From the NCBI GenBank assembly GCA_001783185.1, contig MFQY01000047.1, forward strand, positions 1 through 52,961: a stretch of DNA of 52,961 bases. Direction: 5' to 3'. A program made the position numbers and the translations under genes. Below, one piece after another: positions 37,075 through 44,509 of this stretch. Under the pieces are notes generated by a model. The model did no database searches and was not told the origin of the DNA. It saw nothing but the letters and a program-made list of their open reading frames with translations. The stretch comes from Candidatus Magasanikbacteria bacterium RIFOXYC2_FULL_40_16 (GTDB lineage: Bacteria; Patescibacteriota; Patescibacteriia; Magasanikbacterales; UBA922). How positions within the stretch are numbered: position 1 is the stretch's first letter; each line of letters begins with the position of its first letter.

Positions 37075-37665
37075 ATGGCAAAATATGATGGCTGGACATA
37101 TGGTGAGACCGAGGCGCTTCTCAACATCATCGGAGGCGCGGATGTCGCGCGCAAGGTGCTCCGAGGCGAGAGCAAACTGACTGTTGTGGAGATCGTTCCA
37201 CAACCCCTCCTGACTTTGGCTGGAACCGTCAAGGTTCAACCGGTGAATAAGCTCGGGGTGAACGAGTTTTTCAACGAGAATAACTCGTCGGTGAGAATCT
37301 CCTATGTCGGAGACAACTTCAAGGAGTGGTTCTACGGAAAGGAAGAGGAACAACCGAACGCGAACGAAACCGTCTTGCGTTATCACACGCTCAATCGGCG
37401 TTCGGTGGACGGTCCCATCATCAAGGAACTGGGTGGCGAGGACAAGGTCAAGGTTACTCTCTCCCATGTTGCTGCCCTTATGTTGGAACAGTCCAATGGC
37501 GAGCGGGGTGCGCTCCTGACCAATAGCTACGCGGACATCTTCTATGTTCACGACGTCGCGGTGAACGTGTACTGGCTCGGCTTCGGCTGGTACGTGGTCG
37601 CCTACTCGGTCGGGGATCCGGGTGGGTGGAACGCTGGCGGCCGGGTGTTCTCCTGCGATTCATAA
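37075..37665 (+). CDS. DGR variable (target) protein, C-terminal C-type-lectin-like variable region
   Basis: 196 aa with no signal peptide. The last about 36 codons (..AVNVYWLGFGWYVVAYSVGDPGGWNAGGRVFSCDS) contain the VR. The gene is G+C-rich relative to its flanks. Confidence 0.85.
   Translation: MAKYDGWTYGETEALLNIIGGADVARKVLRGESKLTVVEIVPQPLLTLAGTVKVQPVNKLGVNEFFNENNSSVRISYVGDNFKEWFYGKEEEQPNANETVLRYHTLNRRSVDGPIIKELGGEDKVKVTLSHVAALMLEQSNGERGALLTNSYADIFYVHDVAVNVYWLGFGWYVVAYSVGDPGGWNAGGRVFSCDS
37557..37656 (+). repeat. DGR variable repeat (VR)
   Basis: Gap-free 100-nt match to 38024-38123 with 17 mismatches, all at TR adenines. Coordinates anchored on ORF-track codon arithmetic. Confidence 0.88.
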
Positions 37666-37715
37666 CTTAGGTTCTTGGGCATTTTGCCCTTGACCCTTTG
37701 GCTCTTTGTTACTTT

Positions 37716-37761
37716 GGCCCCCAGAATTTTTTTTCGGAAAAATCTGGGGGCCTGTTTTTTT
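37716..37761 (+). terminator. Intrinsic terminator after the target gene
   Basis: GGCCCCCAGAATTTTTT..AAAAATCTGGGGGCC followed by TGTTTTTTT. Confidence 0.6.
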
Positions 37762-38023
37762 GTGAAAAAATTTATGTTATACTGTTTCGGTAGCCACACA
37801 TTGCTCGGCGGCCACGGCTTCCGTGAGATGGCTTCAGAAAATTTTTTTCGAGAGTCGCGTTGGGTATGCCTCGCGCGAGTGTGTAAAATTTTTTTTTTCA
37901 AAAACAAGAATCGGCGCGAAAAATTAGGGGACTTTTTATGTCCCGAATGATATTCAATCCGAGGAGAATTCCAAGGATAGTGTTTAAAGATGATTTTTCG
38001 CGCGAGAACATTCTCGTGTTGCG

Positions 38024-38123
38024 CGCGGTGAACGTGAACTGGAACGGCAACGGCTGGAACGTGAACGCCAACTCGGTCGAGAATCCGAATGAGTGGAACG
38101 CTGACAACCGGGTGTTCTCCTGC
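38024..38123 (+). repeat. DGR template repeat (TR), non-coding
   Basis: In the VR frame it reads AVNVNWNGNGWNVNANSVENPNEWNADNRVFSC (AAC/AAT-rich) and has 25 adenines. A possible extended -10 promoter (TGTTATACT, about 37775-37783) lies upstream. Confidence 0.88.
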
Positions 38124-38141
38124 CACTGTTGTTTTCTCCCG

Positions 38142-38517
38142 TTATTTAGCGGGAGTTTTGCTCAAAAGGCCTTTCCTCCACCCGCCCAACATGCGGCCGA
38201 TTTCATCCAGCTTTTGCGATAGAGTTATATATTTATCTTTGGGTATAAGTTTGTTTTCCCATGCTAGTTGAAAAAAGAATTTTAAGATATCCATTCGTGA
38301 GATGGTTTTTCCAAGCAGAATTATTTTTTGTTCAGGAGGCAAATAAGCGGCCGTGAAAGTTAATTCCAGTATATCCAAGAAGGTTTGTTCTATTTTTTGG
38401 CCTAAGCCAAAGCGCTCTGTCTTTGGCAAGTTTTTATGAAGCGCGAGCCAGAATTGGTATACTTCTTTTTCCTTTGTAATTACCGTTGGTAGCTGGGGGG
38501 GGGGTTAATTGATTCAT
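38142..38517 (-). CDS. avd: Avd-like accessory protein (four-helix bundle / 23S rRNA IVS protein family), reading frame broken at a C10 tract
   Basis: Track ORF 38142..38429 (..LPKTERFGLGQKIEQTFLDILEL...KYITLSQKLDEIGRMLGGWRKGLLSKTPAK) matches the family. Conserved N-terminal residues (EKEVYQFWLALHKN) continue upstream in the same frame to a TAA at the C10 run (38495-38504). The only ATG (38515-38517) is in another frame. Confidence 0.7.
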
Positions 38518-38524
38518 AATATAT

Positions 38525-39646
38525 ATGAAGGTTAAATTGTTTGATACTTTTAATGATATTGTTAGTATAAAAAATTTGATGGGCGCTTGGAGGGATCTCT
38601 TGAAAGGGAAACAAAATAAAAAGGACATCCAATTTTTCTCCCTCCATTTAATGGATAATATCTTAGCTCTTCATTATGATTTAGTAAACAGAACTTATCA
38701 ACATGGTGGTTATGCCAGTTTTTATATAAATGACCCAAAACGGAGGCACATCCATAAAGCGGATGTCAGGGATAGATTACTGCATCACGCCGTTTACAGA
38801 ATTTTATATCCGTTTTTTGACAAAACATTTATATCGGATTCGTTTTCGTGTCGAAACGGCAAGGGTACGCATAGGGCGGTTAATCAGTTTAGAAAAATGA
38901 CCTGCCGGGCAAGCAAAAATAACACAGCCACTGGTTGGGTTTTGAAATGCGATATTAAAAAGTTTTTCGCGAGTATTGACCATAAGGTTTTAATAAACAT
39001 ACTTAATGAATATATACAGGATAAAGATATTATGTTGTTGCTTGAGAATATTGTTGAAAGTTATATGACTGTTTGTCATTCTCGCCCTGTATCACCATTC
39101 TGTCATTCCCGCGAAGGCAGGAATCCAGTTCACGGGATAAACTCCGGCGGGAATCCAGATGATTGGCGGCTGGATCCCCGTTTTCACGGGGATGACAGCA
39201 TTGATGTTGGCTTGCCGCTTGGCAATTTAACTTCCCAGCTTTTTGCCAATGTTTATATGAATGTTTTTGACCAATGGGTTAAACACTTCTTAAAAGCAAG
39301 ATATTATATCAGATATGCCGACGATTTTGTTTTTCTTTCGCCCGACAGGCAATGGCTGGAAGATATTATCCCCAAGATACAAAAATTTTTATCGGAAAGA
39401 TTAAAATTGACTTTGCATCCAAATAAATTATTTTTGAAAACAATTTATTCAGGCATGGATTTCCTTGGTTGGATAAATTTTCCCGGCCATAGGATACTGC
39501 GCCGTACAACCAAGCGCCGGATGTTGGCCAAAATCAAAAATAATCCAACGCCCGAGGCATTGCAGTCATATCTTGGTTTATTAAAACATGGCAACACACA
39601 CAAAATAAAACAGGAGCTTTTGGGGCAGTATTGGTTGTGGCAGTGA
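38525..39646 (+). CDS. DGR-type reverse transcriptase
   Basis: 373 aa with RT motifs (LLHHAVYRILYP, KCDIKKFFASIDH, YIRYADDFVFLS) and the DGR-diagnostic GLPLGNLTSQLFANVYMN. Confidence 0.9.
   Translation: MKVKLFDTFNDIVSIKNLMGAWRDLLKGKQNKKDIQFFSLHLMDNILALHYDLVNRTYQHGGYASFYINDPKRRHIHKADVRDRLLHHAVYRILYPFFDKTFISDSFSCRNGKGTHRAVNQFRKMTCRASKNNTATGWVLKCDIKKFFASIDHKVLINILNEYIQDKDIMLLLENIVESYMTVCHSRPVSPFCHSREGRNPVHGINSGGNPDDWRLDPRFHGDDSIDVGLPLGNLTSQLFANVYMNVFDQWVKHFLKARYYIRYADDFVFLSPDRQWLEDIIPKIQKFLSERLKLTLHPNKLFLKTIYSGMDFLGWINFPGHRILRRTTKRRMLAKIKNNPTPEALQSYLGLLKHGNTHKIKQELLGQYWLWQ
39068..39202 (+). repeat. Family-C hairpin repeats inserted in frame in the RT gene (about 45 codons)
   Basis: TGTCATTCCCGCGAAGGCAGGAATCCAG and GGATCCCCGTTTTCACGGGGATGACA match intergenic copies at 50540, 51518 and 22181. 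They encode TVCHSRPVSPFCHSREGRNPVHGINSGGNPDDWRLDPRFHGDDSI between RT motif 2 and the LGNLTSQ motif. Confidence 0.65.
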
Positions 39647-39805
39647 GTTAATATTGTGGTTTTAATAGTGATGAAGCTATTTGATCTTTAACTGTTTTTA
39701 TGTTTAAATTATGGCATAAACATGCCAATCAATTATTAAACACATTCGCATTATTCGCGTAATTAGCATATAATTCGCGTATTCGTGTTATATTTAAATA
39801 TTTTT

Positions 39806-40537
39806 ATGTCCGGTCATTCAAAATGGGCTAATATACAGCAAAAAAAGGGGAAAATGGACAGCGCGCGCAGCGGTTTGTTCACTAAATTAAGCAAAGGAAT
39901 AACCATTGCCGCCCGAGGCGGAGGCGATCCGGAAATGAATTTTTCTTTGCGTTTAGCGATAGAAAAAGCCAAAGGCGCCAATATGCCTAAAGATAATATT
40001 GAACGCGCCGTTAAGCGCGGAACCGGCGAGTCGGGCGAAGGCGCGGTTTTGGAAGAAATATTGTATGAGGGTTTCGGGCCGGGCGGAACGGCTTTTTTAA
40101 TTGAAACGGTTACAGATAATAAGAACAGAACAGCGTCTGAAATCAAACATGCTTTTCTTCAGTTTGGCGGTTCCATGGGCGGGCCGGGAAGCGTGAAGTG
40201 GCAATTTAAACGGATGGGTGTTATCCGTTTAAATAAAGAACAATTAGCAATTAACAATGAACAATCGGCTAATTTTGAATTGGAATTGATTGAGGCCGGA
40301 GCGGATGATATTGTTGATAATGAGTACGGTATGGAAATTCATTGTCCGATTGAAAAATTGCAAGCGGTTTTGGGAGCGGTGAATAAGCGCGAATTGACGC
40401 CGGAGAGTTCGGGATTGGAATGGGTGGCGAAAGAAAATATTTCTTTGAAAGAAGGCGAATCAGCTACTGTGAATAAATTATACGAAATACTGGATGAGTT
40501 GGATGATGTGGAAGCGGTCTACACTAATGAGGCGTAA
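39806..40537 (+). CDS. YebC/PmpR-family transcriptional regulator
   Basis: MSGHSKWANIQQKKGK..., conserved throughout. Track ORF 39785 trimmed to this ATG. Confidence 0.9.
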   Translation: MSGHSKWANIQQKKGKMDSARSGLFTKLSKGITIAARGGGDPEMNFSLRLAIEKAKGANMPKDNIERAVKRGTGESGEGAVLEEILYEGFGPGGTAFLIETVTDNKNRTASEIKHAFLQFGGSMGGPGSVKWQFKRMGVIRLNKEQLAINNEQSANFELELIEAGADDIVDNEYGMEIHCPIEKLQAVLGAVNKRELTPESSGLEWVAKENISLKEGESATVNKLYEILDELDDVEAVYTNEA

Positions 40538-40543
40538 AATTAA

Positions 40544-40664
40544 GTAACTCGTAAACCGTCCCGATGTGAAATCGGGATAAGTGTTCCCTTATAATCCGTA
40601 ACTCGTACAGTCCCGACATAGTCGGGACAAAATTACGAGTTACGAGTTACTAGTTACGGATTAC
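40544..40664. repeat. Composite D-A-D-A-D repeat block forming a long imperfect palindrome
   Basis: GTAACTCGTAAACCG, TCCCGATGTGAAATCGGGATAAGTGTTCCCTTAT, AATCCGTAACTCGTACAG, TCCCGACATAGTCGGGA and AATTACGAGTTACGAGTTACTAGTTACGGATTAC. Confidence 0.65.
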
Positions 40665-40701
40665 TATTATTGTTTGGAATAAAGATATTTGTGATAAATT
40701 T

Positions 40702-41220
40702 ATGTTTGATAAGTCGGATAAGACAAGAATACTCGGCATTGACCCCGGTTTCGGCCGGGTCGGTTGGGGAGTGGTAGAAAAAATCAAAGGCGATTGGAAG
40801 CATGTCGCGCATGGCTGTATTGAGACCGACAAAAAACTGATTTTTATTGACCGGCTTGTTCAGATACAGTTGGAATTGAATAAAATAATAAGAAAATATA
40901 ATCCTAACCGGTCCGCGGTTGAGGATTTGTTTTTTTATAAGAATGTTAAAACCGCGATTCAGGTCGGGCAGGCGAGAGGCGTGATTTTGCTGACTTTAAA
41001 ACAGGCTGGCTTGCCGGTGGACGAGTACACCCCGTTGCAGGTAAAACAGTCCATTACCGGTTATGGCCGGGCGGAAAAAGGCCAGATTCAGAAATTAATT
41101 CAAATGCATTTACAAATGAAAGATAAAATAAAGCAGGATGACGCGGCCGACGCATTAGCTGTGGCTCTGACCGGCGGATACTCGCTGGCGTTTAAAACTA
41201 AAACCAAATTGGCAGAGTGA
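40702..41220 (+). CDS. ruvC: Crossover junction endodeoxyribonuclease RuvC
   Basis: ILGIDPGFGRVGWGVV and DAADALAVAL motifs, 172 aa. Confidence 0.92.
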   Translation: MFDKSDKTRILGIDPGFGRVGWGVVEKIKGDWKHVAHGCIETDKKLIFIDRLVQIQLELNKIIRKYNPNRSAVEDLFFYKNVKTAIQVGQARGVILLTLKQAGLPVDEYTPLQVKQSITGYGRAEKGQIQKLIQMHLQMKDKIKQDDAADALAVALTGGYSLAFKTKTKLAE

Positions 41221-41301
41221 TTTTAACTATGTGTATATACTTGACTTTTCGCTTAAAATCGGCAAGAATACAAGTATATTAACTTATTTAATCTTCCATA
41301 T

Positions 41302-44300
41302 ATGCGCGTCCAAACATATAAAATACCGGGGTTGGCGGTTGTTTTGTTTGTATTTTTATCATTTTTACCTTTTCCGGCCAAGGCGGCCACAACAATTTCA
41401 GGTATTATTTCTACTGACACTGTCTGGACAGCGGCCAACAGCCCATATATAGTCAACGGCACTTTAACCATTCCAACTGGTATTACATTAATTATAGAGC
41501 AGGGTGTAGTGGTTAAATTTATTCATTTACAATCTAAAATGAATGTGTATGGCGCGATGCAAGTAAATGGAACAAATGATAATAAAGTATACTTTACTTC
41601 ATATAAAGATGATGAAGTCGGAGGCGACACCAATGCTGATGGAAGCGCTTCTTTACCTCTTCCAAAAGATTGGCGGCAAGTAATTATCTATCCGGGGGCT
41701 AACGTAAATTTTAATTATTCGATTATTCGTTACGGAGGAAACACCGCTTCTGTTTGTCCGGATTATACTTGTTCTGGGGCACTAAACAATAAAGGAAATC
41801 TTGATTTTTCAAATTCACAAATTTATCAAACAGACAAATATGGTATTTACCAAAGCGAAGGATTAACTACCGCTGACGCGGCTGTGTTTGATGGCCAATC
41901 GCAAGCCGGAATTTATGTAAGTAGCGGTAGTCTATCAGTATCTGGCTCTACTTTTTCAAACCAGGATCACACTGGTATTATTATGTTAGGCGATTCCAAT
42001 TTTGATTTGAATAACAATATTTTCCAAAACAATTTAAGAGATGTGTATATAGATGCGAGAGTTAATTTTACTCATTCAAATAATAACTCACAAGGCGGTA
42101 CTTTAGCCGGTTTTAACATAGGGGGAATATCTAGAATAAATTCAGTTTGGGAATCAGATAATATGCCGTATATTGTTAATGGGAATCTCATTGTGCAGGA
42201 GGATAGCGCGCTCACAATTAATTCCGGAGTAATAATAAAATTTGCGCATAACCAATCATACTTAGACGTGCGTGGTATTTTGAGTGTGAACGGCGAAGAA
42301 GAAAAAAAGGTATATTTTACTTCTTTAAAAGATGACGAAGCCGGCGGGGACACAAATGGAGATGGAAACATAACACTGCCCGCCGAAAAAGATTGGCGAA
42401 GAATTTTAGTAAATCCTGGCGCTATAGCCAACATTAATAACGCCATAATAAGATATGGCGGATATATTCAATTTAATTGTCCTTACTACACTTGCTACGG
42501 AGCAGTTAATAATAGAGGCAATCTTAATCTCATAAATTCAGAAATAACTAAAAATGGAAATTACGGTATTTACCAAACTGACGGCATTTCGATTATTGAT
42601 ACATCTTCTATATCAGAACACTCCAGAGGAATTTATGTTACGACCGAGAGTGATAACCTAACAATTCACAACAGCTCAATATTCAATAACACCGGCTACG
42701 GCATTTTGAATTATTCTTCCAATACTGTTGACGCCACGCGCAATTGGTGGGGCGATCCGACCGGACCGTATCATTATGCTTTAAACACCGGCGGATTAGG
42801 CAACGCGGTATCGGATGGCGTTAATTTTAGTCCATGGTTGAATTATGATCCGTCGGTTGAACAAATGCCCACAATAGAAAATCTTGAGCAGTTTAGATTG
42901 ATTGAAGAAGTTGAATTGACAGAAGGAGAATCAACGGCAAATAATGTTATTATCTTGAAAGCATTATTGACTGATCCAAATGAAGATATGGTAAAAATGC
43001 AAGTAGAGCTAAAAAAATACAGCCAAAATTTTGATGGACAAAATCTATTGGAAACGGAATTAGTGCCTTCAGGAACAATCACGATGGTCACCTTTACCGG
43101 CCTCGTAGAAGAAAGTTATAAATGGAGAGCGCGAACAATGAATGAAAATGGCTTCACTTCTGAATGGCAGGAATTTGGCGCGCAAGGCAATGTTGACTTT
43201 TCTATTGTCCCCTTGGGTCAGGCCGCGGCTGATTTGGCTAAAAAACTTGCAAATCATCCGGAAGCATATTTATGGGGTGGTAAAGGGTGGAGTTTTAATC
43301 AGCAAGAATTTATTTCAGCTTCTGTTATTTTATCCGGGTATGATTATTGGAATCCAGATTTACAGGGGTACGATACAGGAATAGGTTTGGATTGTTCTGG
43401 TTTAGTTGTGTGGTCTTTTGATAGATCAAATAATCCGTTTTTAAGTCGTTATAATAATGTAATTTTAGCAGAAGGTTCGAATTCTCAATATCATGATAAT
43501 TCTGAGGCAATAAATGAATCAGATTTACAGAGTGGGGATCTATTATTTTTTGGTTATTACGATCAAAATAAAAATGTAACTACCACCACCCATGTAGCCA
43601 TGTATGTTGGTAATAATGGGAGTTATGATGTCGTACATGCATCCTCCCCACAATTAGGCATACGAACTGCCTGGAAAGATTCTTTAAAAACAGAAGGGAA
43701 TTTTTTGAAAACTTTCGGATTTAGACGTATTATTTTAAATACCGAGTTAAGTCTTATAAAAGGTTATATACAAGTTGGTTCACCCGTAGACCTAGTAGTT
43801 AGAGATCCCAATGATTTTATCATAAGTCAAGAATTATATACACAAAGTGATTCAGAATATTCACATGAAATACTTGGGGAACTATATTATGCTAATGATG
43901 GAATGGGTAGCGATGGACGTCCTAAAGACATGGTTTATTGGACGAAAAATAAAGTTGGAAATTTTAATATACAAGTTATTCCTGAATCAGATATCTTACT
44001 AACAGATACATATAGTTTAGAATTCCACGCAGGTGATCAAGTAATTATGTTGGCAAAAGATCTGCCAATATCAGAGATACCGGAAAAAGGGTATGGTGTA
44101 TCGGTTTCAGATATGGGTGTAATTGAAGAATTCTTACCAGTAGATATCAATATTAAACCAGAAAGTGAAGATAATACCATAAATTTAGGATCAAATGGTT
44201 CGGTCTCTGTTGCGATATTTGGTTCGGATATGCTTAATGTTAGAGATATTGATTGGGGCAGTGTGCGACTTGCAAGCGCTTCTATTAAATTAAAAGGTAA

Positions 44301-44478
44301 TGGTGACGCGATAATAAAATATGAAGATTTGAATGGTGATGGTTATGATGATGTAATAATACATATTTTGACGGATGCTTTTCAATTAACAGAAAATGAT
44401 GTTAAAGCATATTTAGAGGGTCAGTTGATAAATGGTAACTTAATCAAAGGATCAGATTTAATACATGTGGTCCCTTAA
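41302..44478 (+). CDS. Secreted beta-helix repeat protein with NlpC/P60 peptidase domain and dockerin-like C-terminus
   Basis: 1058 aa with a signal peptide. The N-terminal about 514 aa are paralogous to 11278..14463. It then has GLDCSGLVVWSF..THVAMYVG..VVHASS (Cys/His NlpC/P60 pattern) and EDLNGDGYDDVII near the end. Confidence 0.85.
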   Translation: MRVQTYKIPGLAVVLFVFLSFLPFPAKAATTISGIISTDTVWTAANSPYIVNGTLTIPTGITLIIEQGVVVKFIHLQSKMNVYGAMQVNGTNDNKVYFTSYKDDEVGGDTNADGSASLPLPKDWRQVIIYPGANVNFNYSIIRYGGNTASVCPDYTCSGALNNKGNLDFSNSQIYQTDKYGIYQSEGLTTADAAVFDGQSQAGIYVSSGSLSVSGSTFSNQDHTGIIMLGDSNFDLNNNIFQNNLRDVYIDARVNFTHSNNNSQGGTLAGFNIGGISRINSVWESDNMPYIVNGNLIVQEDSALTINSGVIIKFAHNQSYLDVRGILSVNGEEEKKVYFTSLKDDEAGGDTNGDGNITLPAEKDWRRILVNPGAIANINNAIIRYGGYIQFNCPYYTCYGAVNNRGNLNLINSEITKNGNYGIYQTDGISIIDTSSISEHSRGIYVTTESDNLTIHNSSIFNNTGYGILNYSSNTVDATRNWWGDPTGPYHYALNTGGLGNAVSDGVNFSPWLNYDPSVEQMPTIENLEQFRLIEEVELTEGESTANNVIILKALLTDPNEDMVKMQVELKKYSQNFDGQNLLETELVPSGTITMVTFTGLVEESYKWRARTMNENGFTSEWQEFGAQGNVDFSIVPLGQAAADLAKKLANHPEAYLWGGKGWSFNQQEFISASVILSGYDYWNPDLQGYDTGIGLDCSGLVVWSFDRSNNPFLSRYNNVILAEGSNSQYHDNSEAINESDLQSGDLLFFGYYDQNKNVTTTTHVAMYVGNNGSYDVVHASSPQLGIRTAWKDSLKTEGNFLKTFGFRRIILNTELSLIKGYIQVGSPVDLVVRDPNDFIISQELYTQSDSEYSHEILGELYYANDGMGSDGRPKDMVYWTKNKVGNFNIQVIPESDILLTDTYSLEFHAGDQVIMLAKDLPISEIPEKGYGVSVSDMGVIEEFLPVDINIKPESEDNTINLGSNGSVSVAIFGSDMLNVRDIDWGSVRLASASIKLKGNGDAIIKYEDLNGDGYDDVIIHILTDAFQLTENDVKAYLEGQLINGNLIKGSDLIHVVP

Positions 44479-44509
44479 ACATAATTTGATATTATGCTAA
44501 AATATATAT

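Larger units (their letters stand above)
36882..39646 (+). mobile_element. Diversity-generating retroelement: promoter, target gene with VR, TR, avd (opposite strand), RT
   Basis: A TR/VR pair with adenine-only mismatches, an Avd-family four-helix-bundle gene, and an RT with the DGR-specific LGNLTSQ motif and YADD, all within 2.8 kb. Confidence 0.88.

Noticed and set aside
37054-38126. Several long ORFs on both strands (37054..37551 -, 37304..37519 +, 37326..37526 +, 37478..37663 -, 37602..38126 -, 37675..37950 +)
   Set aside because: These are shadow ORFs typical of G+C-rich DNA. They overlap the well-supported target gene and the TR, start at GTG/TTG, and have Arg/Pro-rich compositions.
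37938-38222. 94-aa ORF (MSRMIFNPRR...AVNVNWNGNGWNVNANSVENPNEWNADNRVFSCHCC...) covering the TR
   Set aside because: It is the template repeat read in the VR frame. It has no ribosome-binding site and runs antisense into avd. DGR template repeats are non-coding.
38434-38628. 64-aa minus-strand ORF overlapping the RT start
   Set aside because: Its upstream part is antisense to the conserved RT N-terminus. Only its MNQLTPPP portion is meaningful, as the out-of-frame start of avd.
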